Position numbers and translations under genes: made by a program
Notes under the pieces: generated by a model
Told to the model about the DNA's origin: nothing
Seen by the model: the letters and a program-made list of their open reading frames with translations, nothing else
Databases searched by the model: none
NCBI GenBank assembly: GCA_963728205.1
Contig: CAVSIV010000006.1
Location: forward strand, 224,001 to 288,000
Length of the DNA: 64,000 nt
Source: an uncultured Chloroflexia bacterium
GTDB lineage: Bacteria > Chloroflexota > Dehalococcoidia > UBA2979
Direction: 5' to 3'
In this document: positions 17,992 through 28,024 of the stretch, piece after piece
How the letters are laid out: the number at the start of each line of letters is the position of its first letter
How positions within the stretch are numbered: the stretch's first letter is position 1

Positions 17992-19887
17992 CTAGCCCTG
18001 CTTCAACCGCGCCTGGTCGATCCACCAGTGCGTGTACACCGTCTGCTCGTTCATCTCGGACGGGCCGTAGTCGCGGTACGAGCCGTAGTTCTTCACCCAC
18101 GGCCAGACCGCCGCGAAGCCCGGCACGCCGTACGGCCAGCCCGCCGGCACGATCGGCATGCGCGTCGAGTTGTCCTTCTGCCATTGCTTGATCTGCGCGA
18201 CCTGGTCCTTGAAGTCGGTCGTCGCCATGAACTTCTCGATGGCCTTGTCCGAGGCCAGCTGCCCGTCGATGGCGTTCGGGTCCTGCTTGAACGTCGCCTT
18301 GCCGCGATCGCCCGTCGAGTGGAAGTAGCCGAGAATGTGCTGGCCGACGTGCGGGTACACGGTCGTCGCGCCCCACGCGATGCCCTCGAAGTCGCCCTGG
18401 CCGAAGTAGTAGTTCGGCAGGTAGTCGGTCTGGTAGTCCGGGTTCACCTGCGTGAGCTTGAAGACGCCGCTCGCCTCGAGCAGGCCCTTGTAGGCCTCGC
18501 CGACGCGCGGGAACGTCGTCCCGTACTGCCCGGTCGTGATCCACGCCATCTTCGTGTCGATGGTGTTGTGGCCGGCGGCCTTGATGAGCTTGACGGCTTC
18601 GTCCGGGTTGTAGGCGTACGCGGCCTTCTGATCGGCCGAGTACTCGCTGCCCTGCGGGTCGACCCAGAAGGCGTCGTAGCCGGCGGAGACGCCGACGCCG
18701 TGCCAGCGCTCAGCGGTCGGCCAGTTGGCCTTCTTGAAGTCCGACATGCTGTAGAACGTGTCGTCGATCTGCGAGCGGTCGATCAGCATCGAGACCGCGC
18801 GGCGCACGCGCTCGTCGCGGAACGGCGAGTCGGGACGCAGGCCGAAGTAGATGTACCAGTTGCCCGGGTAGAAGCTGCCCTCGTAGATGTCGAGCTCCGG
18901 CAGGTCCTTCTTCGTCGCGAGGATGTCCTGCTGGTTCGGGACGGTCCCGGCGCTGCTCCAGATCTTGCCGGCGCGGAACTGCGCGAGCTGCGATGAGTAC
19001 TCGCCGATGATCGGGACGTCGAAGCCGTCGAGGAACGGCAGCTTCTTGTCCCAGTAGTTCGGGTTCTTCTTGTAGGTGAACTTCACGCTGCGCTGGTAGT
19101 CCGTGAGCACCCACGGGCCGGCGCCGCGCGTCTCGTTGCGCGGGTCGAATCCGCCGTCGGACTCGCGCGGCATGATCTGCAGCCAGCGCGTGTACGCCAG
19201 CGACTGCAGCAGCGGGGCGTACGGGAACGCGAGATCCACCTGCACCGTGTGGTCGTCGATCGCGGTCATCGCCTTGATCGGCGCGGTCGGCGCGGCGCCG
19301 TTCGCGAGCGTCTTCCGGGAGATCGACTTCTCCGCGAACTTGTTCCACGAGAAGACCACGTCCTGCGCGTCCACGGGGCGGCTGCTCGTCGGAGCGCGAT
19401 CCTCCCACTTCGCGTCGGTGCGCAGGTGCATGATCAGCTTGGTCGGCTCGGCCATCTCGTACGTCTGCGCGAGCTGACCCTCGACGTCGCCGGAAGCGAC
19501 GTCCTTCGCCTTGCCCGGCACGTACTGGACGAGTTGCGGATAGGTCCAGCGGCCCACGGTGTTCGCGGTGAACGACGGCGACGAGAGCGGGTCGAGGTTC
19601 GTGACGTCCGCTGATGTGAAGCTCTGGTAGGTGAGGCCCGGGACGGCCTGGTCGTCGGTCACCGCGCGCGACGCGAGCAGTCCCGCCGGCTCCGTCGCGG
19701 TGGCCGCGGCGGTCGCTGTCGCGCCTCCGCCGGGCGCCGTGGTCGCCGGGGCGGGCGTGGCGGTCGCGCCCGAGCCCCCGCAGCCGATGAGCGCGGCGCC
19801 GGCCATGCCGGCCAGCCCAACGGCGCTGCCCCGCAGCAGCGTACGGCGGCTCACGCCTCGGCGGATCCAGTAGTTCGCATCTGGCAT
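17992..19887 (-). CDS. ABC substrate-binding protein (family 5), Tat-exported lipoprotein
   Basis: SRRTLLRG twin-arginine leader, ALIGC lipobox; LDP, GAGPW, NPNYW, PFRDERVRRAVS. Confidence 0.92.
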   Translation of the reverse strand: MPDANYWIRRGVSRRTLLRGSAVGLAGMAGAALIGCGGSGATATPAPATTAPGGGATATAAATATEPAGLLASRAVTDDQAVPGLTYQSFTSADVTNLDPLSSPSFTANTVGRWTYPQLVQYVPGKAKDVASGDVEGQLAQTYEMAEPTKLIMHLRTDAKWEDRAPTSSRPVDAQDVVFSWNKFAEKSISRKTLANGAAPTAPIKAMTAIDDHTVQVDLAFPYAPLLQSLAYTRWLQIMPRESDGGFDPRNETRGAGPWVLTDYQRSVKFTYKKNPNYWDKKLPFLDGFDVPIIGEYSSQLAQFRAGKIWSSAGTVPNQQDILATKKDLPELDIYEGSFYPGNWYIYFGLRPDSPFRDERVRRAVSMLIDRSQIDDTFYSMSDFKKANWPTAERWHGVGVSAGYDAFWVDPQGSEYSADQKAAYAYNPDEAVKLIKAAGHNTIDTKMAWITTGQYGTTFPRVGEAYKGLLEASGVFKLTQVNPDYQTDYLPNYYFGQGDFEGIAWGATTVYPHVGQHILGYFHSTGDRGKATFKQDPNAIDGQLASDKAIEKFMATTDFKDQVAQIKQWQKDNSTRMPIVPAGWPYGVPGFAAVWPWVKNYGSYRDYGPSEMNEQTVYTHWWIDQARLKQG

Positions 19888-19950
19888 CGCGGTCGTGTCC
19901 TTCGCTTCGTTACCCCTCTGGCACGCGCGATCGGAGACGCGCGTTTCTTG

Positions 19951-19980
19951 CATCACTTGTATCGGAATACAAACGTGATG
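19951..19980. promoter_or_regulatory. AT-rich inverted repeat upstream of the ABC operon (operator or leader hairpin)
   Basis: CATCAC-TTGTAT-CGGA-ATACAA-AC-GTGATG. Confidence 0.55.
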
Positions 19981-20146
19981 TTGAGGGTCGAACGTCGGGT
20001 AGCAGACAGGACTTTGTTGGAGCGCGACTAGGCGTTGTGGCGGATGCGCTTCACCACCCGGATTCGACGAAGGCTTCGGCACACCCGGAAATGACGGGAC
20101 GGGTGAACCGTCGTTGCGTATGCGGGCGACTCGCCGCGGGCGGTGC

Positions 20147-21205
20147 TCAGCCCTCGACCGTGGCGGCGATCGCCGCGAACAGCGCCTCCACGTCGGGCTC
20201 CGGCAGCGGGCTCGCGGGCTCGGGGTCCGCCGCCGGCTCCTCGCCGAGCAGCAGCGCGCACAGCGTCCCCGCGCACCACGCCAGCGCGTGGAGGTCGTAG
20301 CCGCCCTCGAGCGCGAGCACGACCCGGCCCCCGCACAGCGCGCGAGCGGCGTCGAGCGCCGTCCGCATCACCCGCGCGTAGCCGTCGGTCGTGACCTCGA
20401 GCGTCGCGAGCGGGTCGCGCGCGTGGGCGTCCCAGCCGCACGAGACGATGATCAGCTGCGGACGAAAGCGCGCGAGCGCGGGCAGGATCAGACGCTCGTA
20501 CGCCGCCGTGATCGCGCGATCGCCGGCGCCGTGCGGCAGCGGAACGTTGAGCTTCGTGCCGGCCGCGGCACCGACGCCGCGCTCCCGGAAGTGGCCGCTT
20601 CCCGGGTAGAACGGGTAGGCGTGCGTGCTCGCGTAGAAGACGCGCGGCTCCGCGTCGAAGATCGCCTGCGTGCCGTTGCCGTGATGCACATCCCAGTCGA
20701 GGATGCCCACGCGCTCGAGCCCGACACGCAGCGCCGCCGCCGCCGCGATCGCGACGTTGTTCAAGAGGCAGAACCCCATCGCGCGTCCGCCCGTCGCGTG
20801 GTGGCCCGGCGGGCGCACCGCCGCGAACGCCGACTCCACTTCACCCGCGAGCACCGCCTCCAGACCGGCGAGCACGGCGCCCGCCGCCCGCCGCGCGATC
20901 GCCGGCGACGCCGGGTTCACGTAGGTGTCCGGGTCCATCCAGCCGTTGCGCGCCGCCACGCGCGCCTCCTCGTCGAGCAGCGCGCGGTCGTGCACGGCCA
21001 GGATCTCGTCGTCGGTGGCGTCGCGCGCGGGCAGGTCGCGCATGCGGGCGCGCAGCCCGCTGCGCTCGAGGTGATCGAGGATCGCGGTGAGCCGGGCGGG
21101 GCGCTCCGCGTGCCCCGCGGCTTCGTGGGCGAGGAACAGCGGGTCGGTGATGAGCGCCGCGGATCGCGCACGGGCGGCGGGGGGCGGCTCCGGCGCGGCG
21201 TTCAC
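20147..21205 (-). CDS. Histone deacetylase family (Zn-dependent) deacylase
   Basis: HAERPARL, RPPGHHA, GFCLLNN, DWDVHHGNGTQ, LEGGY; start approximate. Confidence 0.93.
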   Translation of the reverse strand: MNAAPEPPPAARARSAALITDPLFLAHEAAGHAERPARLTAILDHLERSGLRARMRDLPARDATDDEILAVHDRALLDEEARVAARNGWMDPDTYVNPASPAIARRAAGAVLAGLEAVLAGEVESAFAAVRPPGHHATGGRAMGFCLLNNVAIAAAAALRVGLERVGILDWDVHHGNGTQAIFDAEPRVFYASTHAYPFYPGSGHFRERGVGAAAGTKLNVPLPHGAGDRAITAAYERLILPALARFRPQLIIVSCGWDAHARDPLATLEVTTDGYARVMRTALDAARALCGGRVVLALEGGYDLHALAWCAGTLCALLLGEEPAADPEPASPLPEPDVEALFAAIAATVEG

Positions 21206-21267
21206 GCGCGGATGCTCGCCGCGCGGCGGCGCCACGTCAACGGCGTCGCCGACGCGTGCCCCGGTGA

Positions 21268-22236
21268 TCACACGGCCGCGTCGGCGACGATGCCGTCGTC
21301 GTGCGCGTGGCGCGCGCGGCGCAGGCGCCAGCGGTGGCGCGCGGCCGCGCGCGCGGCCGGCGGCTGCTCGATCAGCGACCCGAGGATCTCCTCCATGCGG
21401 TCGACGAACAGCATGTGCCCCGCGTCGCGCACGATGTGCAGGTGCGCGCCGGGGATCGCGGCGGCCACCTGCCGCCCGAGCCACACGGGCACGACCCGGT
21501 CGTCCTCGCCGTGCCAGACGTGGACCGGCACGCGGATGGCGTCGAGCGGGAAGCCCCACGGCTCGGCCATCAGGCCGATGTCCCACGCGGCGCCGGCCGG
21601 TCCCTGCGCGAAGGCCTCGCGCAGGTCCTCCTTGAGCACCGCGCGGATGGTCGGCCGCTCCATCACCTCGAGGTCGCAGGCCGGCGTCCGCGCGTGCCGC
21701 TGCACGAGGTAGCTCTCGACGTCGGTCGTGATGCGGCCCTCGAGGTAGCGCATCGCGAGGTGCACGGCCGGCGTGACGCGGCGCACGGTGAAACGGAAGG
21801 CGCGCTGGCCGGCGCTCATGCGGCGGGTGGCGTCGCGCGTCGTGGCCGGTCCCATGCCGCTGACGATCGCGGCCGCCGTCACGCGATCGGGCAGCGCGTG
21901 TGCGGTGGCGGCCGCGTAGGGACCGCCACCCGAGTAGCCGAGCACGGCGAAGCGGTCGAGCCCCAGCGCGTCGGCGAGCGCGGCGACGTCGGCGGGCCAC
22001 TGGGCGATGCGCCGCCGCGGCGCGAAGTCGGAGATGCCGTAGCCGGGACGGTCGACGGCGATCACGCGGCCGCCGCGCGGGGCGGCGAGCACGCCGGCGA
22101 GCAGTCCGCTCAGGCGCGAGCCCGGGATGCCGTGGAAGTAGAGGACGGGAGCGCCGTCCTCGCGCCCGTACTCGGCGTAGCCGAGCCGCCGGCCGCCCGG
22201 CAGCTCGATCGTGTGATGCGTGGAGAGGGCGACCAT
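21268..22236 (-). CDS. Alpha/beta hydrolase
   Basis: FHGIPGSR, DRPGYG, GYSGGG nucleophile, WHGEDD, AGH. Confidence 0.92.
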   Translation of the reverse strand: MVALSTHHTIELPGGRRLGYAEYGREDGAPVLYFHGIPGSRLSGLLAGVLAAPRGGRVIAVDRPGYGISDFAPRRRIAQWPADVAALADALGLDRFAVLGYSGGGPYAAATAHALPDRVTAAAIVSGMGPATTRDATRRMSAGQRAFRFTVRRVTPAVHLAMRYLEGRITTDVESYLVQRHARTPACDLEVMERPTIRAVLKEDLREAFAQGPAGAAWDIGLMAEPWGFPLDAIRVPVHVWHGEDDRVVPVWLGRQVAAAIPGAHLHIVRDAGHMLFVDRMEEILGSLIEQPPAARAAARHRWRLRRARHAHDDGIVADAAV

Positions 22237-22325
22237 CCTTGGTCCCTGCGCTGGCGCCGGCGACCCGCGAGGGGCCGCGGCGCGACTGGGTGGCCACGGG
22301 CACCTACAGCATAGACAAGACGTGT

Positions 22326-22337
22326 TACGGATCCGTA
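22326..22337. promoter_or_regulatory. Perfect 12-bp palindrome in a divergent promoter region
   Basis: TACGGATCCGTA in an AT-richer stretch between divergent genes. Confidence 0.45.
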
Positions 22338-22417
22338 TCCCATGCGGCAGCGCGCGGCATCGCAGGAGGCGAGACGGAAGGGGCTAGCCTGAAAACCGCG
22401 GAGGAGGGAGCAGGGTC

Positions 22418-23971
22418 ATGGCCGAATCGAGCGAGGGGCCATCCGGACCGGACTTCGGAAGCGACGGCGTCGCGCAGGACGAGGTCGCCGACGGCGCGAT
22501 GGTGCTCGGCCACCTGGGCGACGCGGCGGTGTTGCTGGTGCGCCGCGGCGACGACGTCTTTGCGATCGGCGCGCAATGCACGCACTACGGCGGACCGCTC
22601 GCGGAGGGAGCGTTCGACGGCGAATGCGTGCGCTGCCCCTGGCACCACGCGGCGTTCGACGTCCGGACCGGCGCCGCGGCGCGCGCGCCGGCGCTCGACC
22701 CCGTGACCACCTACCACGTCGAGGCGCGCAACGGCCGCTGGCACGTCACGGGCGAGGTCGACCGCGCGCCGGCGCCGGCCCCCATCGCGAGCGCGCCGGC
22801 ATCGGTCGTGATCGTCGGAGCGGGCGCCGCCGGGAACGCCGCGGCCGAGACGCTGCGCCGCGAGGGGTACGAAGGTCCGATCACGATGCTCGGCGCGGAG
22901 CGCTCGCGGCCGCCCGACCGCCCGAACCTGTCGAAGGACTACCTCGCCGGCAAGGCCCCCGAGGAGTGGGTCTGGCTGCGCGATGACGACTTCTATCGCG
23001 AGCACCGCATCGAGGTGCGCCCCGACGCGGAGGTCACCGCGATCGATACGTCGTCGCGACACGTCGTGCTGCGCGACGGCGAGCGGATCGCGTACGGCGC
23101 GCTGCTGCTCGCCACCGGTGCCGAGCCGGTGCGGCTCGACCTGCCCGGCGCCGACCTGCCCCACGTCTTCACGCTGCGCTCGTTCGCCGACAGCAGCGCG
23201 ATCGTGGAGGCGGCGTCGCATGCGCGACGCGCGGTCGTGCTCGGCGCGAGCTTCATCGGGCTCGAGGTGGCGGCGGCGCTGCGCGAGCGCGACCTCGAGG
23301 TGCACGTGGTCGCGCCGGAGGCGGTGCCGCTGGAGCGCGTGCTCGGCGAGCACTTTGGGCCGTTCCTGCGCGCGATCCACGAGGAGCACGGCGTCGCGTT
23401 TCACCTCGGGCGCACCGCCGCGTCGATCGCGGAGTCGAGCGTGACGCTCGACGACGGATCGCGGCTCGACGCCGACATCGTCGTGATGGGCGTCGGCGTG
23501 CGACCGCGCGCCACGCTCGCCGAAGCGGCCGGCCTGCGCGTGGACAACGGCGTCGTGGTGGACGAGCAGCTGCGCACGAGCGCCGACGGAGTGTGGGCCG
23601 CCGGCGACATCGCGCGCTGGACGGAGCGGCGCTCCGGGCAGCCGGTGCGCGTCGAGCACTGGGTGGTCGCCGAGCGCCAGGGCGCCACGGCCGCCCGCAA
23701 CATGCTCGGGCGCGGCGAGGCGTTCCGCGACGTGCCGTTCTTCTGGAGCCAGCACTACGACGTGCCGATCAACTACGTCGGCCACGCGCCGTCGTGGGAC
23801 GAGACCGTCGTCAGCGGCAACGCGCAGGAGCGCGACGTCGTCGTCGCCTACCGGCGCGACGGCAAGACGCTCGCGGTCGCGTCGATCTACCGCGACGACG
23901 CGAGCCTCGCCGCGGAGCTGGCCATGGAGCGCGACGACGAGGCGGCGCTGCGCGCGCTCGTGGAGGGGTAG
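22418..23971 (+). CDS. Rieske [2Fe-2S] plus FAD-dependent pyridine-nucleotide oxidoreductase fusion
   Basis: CTHYG..CPWH Rieske ligands; GAGAAG; RPNLSK; ATG; AGD; VEHW; PFFWS. Confidence 0.93.
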   Translation: MAESSEGPSGPDFGSDGVAQDEVADGAMVLGHLGDAAVLLVRRGDDVFAIGAQCTHYGGPLAEGAFDGECVRCPWHHAAFDVRTGAAARAPALDPVTTYHVEARNGRWHVTGEVDRAPAPAPIASAPASVVIVGAGAAGNAAAETLRREGYEGPITMLGAERSRPPDRPNLSKDYLAGKAPEEWVWLRDDDFYREHRIEVRPDAEVTAIDTSSRHVVLRDGERIAYGALLLATGAEPVRLDLPGADLPHVFTLRSFADSSAIVEAASHARRAVVLGASFIGLEVAAALRERDLEVHVVAPEAVPLERVLGEHFGPFLRAIHEEHGVAFHLGRTAASIAESSVTLDDGSRLDADIVVMGVGVRPRATLAEAAGLRVDNGVVVDEQLRTSADGVWAAGDIARWTERRSGQPVRVEHWVVAERQGATAARNMLGRGEAFRDVPFFWSQHYDVPINYVGHAPSWDETVVSGNAQERDVVVAYRRDGKTLAVASIYRDDASLAAELAMERDDEAALRALVEG

Positions 23972-23988
23972 CCCGTGTCGCGGCACTC

Positions 23989-24038
23989 GGCGGCGGCAGA
24001 CATGCTGCCGACGTGTCGGCGGCATGTCTGCCGCCGCT
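23989..24038. repeat. Inverted pair of REP-like units (family B)
   Basis: GCGGCGGCAGACATGCTGCCGAC then TGTCGGCGGCATGTCTGCCGCCGCT. Confidence 0.88.
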
Positions 24039-24212
24039 GAGGTGTCGCAGCCAACGCGGGCCGTGGTCCGCGCTGCGTACCCTCTCTCTACCCGCCACCC
24101 TGACGATCGCGGACCCGCGGAGTAGCGAGCGAGCGTGGACGCGCGGAACGCCGCGGCGCGCGCGCGGCGGTCCGAGCCACCGGGGGGATGCCGGCGGCTC
24201 GCCGGATCGCGG

Positions 24213-24683
24213 CTAGCGGGCGGCGCGCTCGATCTGCGCGGCGTGCTCCTCCAGGTGCGCGGCGTAGATTCGGAGCCAGTCCTCCGCCGAGTACGGTCCG
24301 GACTCCGTGTGCGTGCCGGCGCGCGTCCACGCCGCCTCCGGGAGGCGGCGAATGAGTGCCGCCGTGTTCGCTCGCACGGCGTCGACCACCGCGAGCGCCG
24401 GCTCGAGTGGGTGGCCGGCGTAGTCGAGCGCGGTCGCCCATCCGTGCTCGTCGTAGCCCATGATCACCGGCGCGCGCTCGCCGACGAGGTAGCGGATGCG
24501 CAGCGACGCGTTCGTCTCCGAGTCGGCGCAGTGGATCGCGATCTCGTGCGGCGACCACTCGTCCGGCGACGGGCGGCGGTGCATGCGGTCGGCGGGGACG
24601 CGCGCCAGCGTCGCGCGGAGGAGCGGCGGGCCGGCGGCGTAGCGAGCGATCAGGGCGTCGCGGTCGGCGGGCGTGAGGGGCAT
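24213..24683 (-). CDS. DinB family protein
   Basis: EWSPHEIAIHC..H..HLEEHAAQI His motifs; SD GAAGGAG. Confidence 0.88.
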   Translation of the reverse strand: MPLTPADRDALIARYAAGPPLLRATLARVPADRMHRRPSPDEWSPHEIAIHCADSETNASLRIRYLVGERAPVIMGYDEHGWATALDYAGHPLEPALAVVDAVRANTAALIRRLPEAAWTRAGTHTESGPYSAEDWLRIYAAHLEEHAAQIERAAR

Positions 24684-24855
24684 CGCGGTGCGCTCCTTCC
24701 GAGGGGAAAGCGCCGTGTATAGCACACGGCCGGGTGAGGCAGCGGCGGCGGCGCGCTCGCGTGCGCGGAGAGCGTCGGCACAGCGTGCGCGCGCTCGACG
24801 CGGGGGGGCCTCGGTGCGGAGGCCGGCGAGCGTCGGCCGGCTGGTGCCGGCCGGC

Positions 24856-24880
24856 TGTCGGCGGCATGTCTGCCGCCGCT
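24856..24880 (-). repeat. REP-like unit (family B)
   Basis: TGTCGGCGGCATGTCTGCCGCCGCT just after the ggt stop. Confidence 0.88.
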
Positions 24881-24888
24881 GTGGGCGA

Positions 24889-26532
24889 TCACAGCGCGGG
24901 CGCGACCATCCCGTCGGCGCGCGGGTCCGTCCCGCCCCAGAAGGCACCCGTCGCCGGGTCGCGGAGGATTGCCTGCCCGGTGCCGAACAGGAAGCGGTCG
25001 GTCGACGGGATGACCGCGTGACCCATGCGCGCGAGGCGCGACATCGTCGCCACCGGCACGCCCGCCTCGAGGTGCACCGCGCTCCCCGGCGTGCCGGCGC
25101 GCAGCGTGAAGCGCGGCAGGTCGAGCGCGGCCTGCGGGTCCATGCCATGGTCGACGAGGTTCGCGAGGATCTGCACGTGGCCGGCGGGCTGCGTGAATGC
25201 CCCCTTCACCCCGAATACCGCGTGCAACGACCCGTCCTCGTGCGTGGTCAGCGCCGGGATGATCGTCTGGTACGGCCGCTTCAGACCGTGCAGCGCGTTC
25301 GGGTGCGCCGGGTCGAGCGAGAAGTTCGAGCCGCGGTTGTGCAGCGTGAAGCCCGTCCCCGCCGGCACGATCCCGGTGCCGAAGCCGACGTAGACGCTGT
25401 TCACGAACGAGCACGCGTTGCCGTCGGCGTCGACCGCCGCGAGGTAGACGGTGTCCGAGCCGCGCGGCGGATCCCCGTGCGTCGCGTCCGTTCGTGCGCG
25501 AGCCGGGTCGATGTGCGCGCGGCGCTCGTCGGCGTACGCCTTCGCGAGCAGGCCGCCGAGCGGCGCCGGCGCGAACGCGGGGTCGGCGACGAACCAGCGC
25601 GCGTCGGCGAACGCGAGTCGCACCGATTCGATCGCGAGATGCAGGTGTTCGGGCGACAGGGGATCGAGCGCCGCGAGGTCGAAGCCCTCGAGGATGTTCA
25701 GCGCGATCAGCGCGGCGACCCCCTGCCCGTTTGGCGGACATTCGTGCACGGTGACGCCGCGGTAGGTCGTCGCCACCGGCGCCTCGAACGTGGAGTGGTG
25801 TGCGGCGAGGTCCTCGCGTTGCATCACGCCGCCCATGCCGGCGAGCACGTCGACGATCGCGTCCGCGACCGCGCCACGGTAGAACGCCTCCGGCCCGCCC
25901 TCGGCGACGCCGCGCAGGACGCGCGCGAGCCCGGGGTTGCGCCACGCCTCCCCGGCGCGCGGGGCGCGGCCGTCGATCAGCAGCTCGCCGAAGTTCGGCT
26001 GTGCGAGCAGCGGCGGCGTCAGCTCGGCCCAGTAGGCGGCGATCAGCGGCGAGACGGGGAAGCCGTCCTCCGCGAGCCGGATGGCCGGCTGCAGGACGTC
26101 GGCGAGCGTCATGCGGCCGTGGCGCGCGAGCGTGTCGAACCAGCCGGCGATGGCGCCGGGCACCGTCACCGCGTGCGGCGAGCGCGCCGGGATGGTCGCG
26201 GCGGCGTCGCCCTCCGCCGCCACGCCGCGCTCGACGAGCGCGCGGATCGACAGCGCGGACGGCGCACGGCCGCTGCCGTTGAGCGCCGAGACGCGGCGCG
26301 ACGCCGCGTCGTAGGCGAGCGCGAAGCAGTCGCCGCCGATGCCGGTGGCCGGCGGCTCGACGACCGCGAGCGCGGCCGCCGCCGCGACGGCGGCGTCGGC
26401 CGCGGTGCCCCCGCGGCGCAGCATCTCGACGCCGGCCGCCGACGCGAGCGGCTGGCTTGTCGCCACCATCCCGCGCGACGACAGCACGGGCGCGCGGCGC
26501 GAGCGGAACGGCAGGTCCTCGGCGTGCGACAT
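24889..26532 (-). CDS. ggt: Gamma-glutamyltransferase
   Basis: ATSQPLA, GIGGDCF, TVPGA, PPNGQG, DTVYL nucleophile Thr, NRG, KRP. Confidence 0.93.
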   Translation of the reverse strand: MSHAEDLPFRSRRAPVLSSRGMVATSQPLASAAGVEMLRRGGTAADAAVAAAAALAVVEPPATGIGGDCFALAYDAASRRVSALNGSGRAPSALSIRALVERGVAAEGDAAATIPARSPHAVTVPGAIAGWFDTLARHGRMTLADVLQPAIRLAEDGFPVSPLIAAYWAELTPPLLAQPNFGELLIDGRAPRAGEAWRNPGLARVLRGVAEGGPEAFYRGAVADAIVDVLAGMGGVMQREDLAAHHSTFEAPVATTYRGVTVHECPPNGQGVAALIALNILEGFDLAALDPLSPEHLHLAIESVRLAFADARWFVADPAFAPAPLGGLLAKAYADERRAHIDPARARTDATHGDPPRGSDTVYLAAVDADGNACSFVNSVYVGFGTGIVPAGTGFTLHNRGSNFSLDPAHPNALHGLKRPYQTIIPALTTHEDGSLHAVFGVKGAFTQPAGHVQILANLVDHGMDPQAALDLPRFTLRAGTPGSAVHLEAGVPVATMSRLARMGHAVIPSTDRFLFGTGQAILRDPATGAFWGGTDPRADGMVAPAL

Positions 26533-26670
26533 GCGGCACATCGTAGCGGCTGCCCCGCGACGGTCGTCCGGGAGACGCCGGGGAGCTGGGGGCTTCGGTA
26601 CCCTGCCCGCACGGTCCGGTCGTCGCAAGCCGCGCCATCACCACGGATGGCGATGGGGAAGGGGAGCCGC

Positions 26671-27789
26671 ATGGTCGCCGACGTGATGGACGACGCGATT
26701 GCCGTCGCGGAGGCATGGGCGGAGCGGGAACGCGCGACGCCGGATTGGCTCGACCCCGCGAACATCGAGGCCGTGAAGCGCAGCGGGATGCTTGCGTGGC
26801 CGCTTGCCGCCGAGCACGGCGGGCGCGGCTGTACGGCCGAAGAGACGACGCGGCTCGTCGAGTCCCTCGCGCGCGTCTCGCCGTCGATGGCGCTGCTCCT
26901 CGCGATGCCGCTCGGACTCGCCGGTCTGCACGGCGTCGGCCCCGACGGCGCCCCCTCGGAGCGGCAGCGCGAGTGGATGGACCGCGTCGACGCCTTTGCC
27001 GCCGACGTCACGGGCGGCGCGTGGTACGCGGCCTGCAACTCGGAGCGGGGCGCCGGCGGGTCGCTCGACGCGACGAAGACGACGGCGGCGCGTGCCCCCG
27101 ACGGCACCTGGACGATCAGCGGCGAGAAGATCCTCGCCACCGCCGGCGCGCATGCCGACCGCTTTCTCTCGTCGGCGAAGGTCCGCGCGGAGGATCTGCC
27201 CGGCGCGGGGATCGTCGAGCTCTTCGCGGTCGACACCACCGCTCCCGGCGTCACGATCCTCGACGACTGGGACGGCTTCGGGATGCGGCCGACCGAGAGC
27301 CAGTCCGTGCGCTACGAGTCGGCGCCGGTGCGCGACCTGATCGGCTATCCCGACTTCATGGGCGTGATGCAGCCGGTGACGTACTGGTACCTGCTCTTCG
27401 CCGCCATCCCGCTCGGGTGTGCCGCGGCGATCCTCGACGGCCTCGGTCGGCCGGCGCCGGCCTCGCCCGCGCTGCGGCTGCGCTTCGCCGAAGCGCAGAT
27501 GCGGATCGAGGCGATGCGCGCGTATCTCCTCGAGTCGGCGCGGGCATGGCGGCCGGCGGCCGGCGCGGCGTACGGCGCGCGCGTGCTGCGCACGAAGACG
27601 TACGTCTCGCAGGAGGCGACGAAGCTGTGCGCGGAGCTCTTCGCGCTCGCCGGCGGGCGTCACTACCGGCGGACCGATCCGCTGGCGCGGGCGCTGGCCG
27701 ACGCCTTCGCGGGAACGGCGCTGCGCCCGCCGCTCGCGCTCGCGCTGGATGGGCTCGTGGAGCAGTTCGATCTGGACGCGAGCGGGTAA
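26671..27789 (+). CDS. Acyl-CoA dehydrogenase-like flavoprotein
   Basis: EHGGRG, NSE, ISGEK, WDGFGMRPTES pattern. Confidence 0.85.
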   Translation: MVADVMDDAIAVAEAWAERERATPDWLDPANIEAVKRSGMLAWPLAAEHGGRGCTAEETTRLVESLARVSPSMALLLAMPLGLAGLHGVGPDGAPSERQREWMDRVDAFAADVTGGAWYAACNSERGAGGSLDATKTTAARAPDGTWTISGEKILATAGAHADRFLSSAKVRAEDLPGAGIVELFAVDTTAPGVTILDDWDGFGMRPTESQSVRYESAPVRDLIGYPDFMGVMQPVTYWYLLFAAIPLGCAAAILDGLGRPAPASPALRLRFAEAQMRIEAMRAYLLESARAWRPAAGAAYGARVLRTKTYVSQEATKLCAELFALAGGRHYRRTDPLARALADAFAGTALRPPLALALDGLVEQFDLDASG

Positions 27790-28024
27790 GCGCGAGCCGC
27801 GGGACATGCGCCGCGCCGCGCGGTACGCGCCGCGGACCCCGGCGCGCGGTCGAGCGGCAGGGCAGCCGAAGGCGGTCATGACGCCCGCCGCGGGCCCCAC
27901 TGCGGGGCCCTCGACACGACGGGCGCGACGCCCGCCGCGTCAGACCGTTCGCGGCGGATCGCTATACTGCGGCCCGCGTCTCACCACGTCGTCGCCAGCA
28001 CACAGAACCCGGAGGGTCTGCTCC

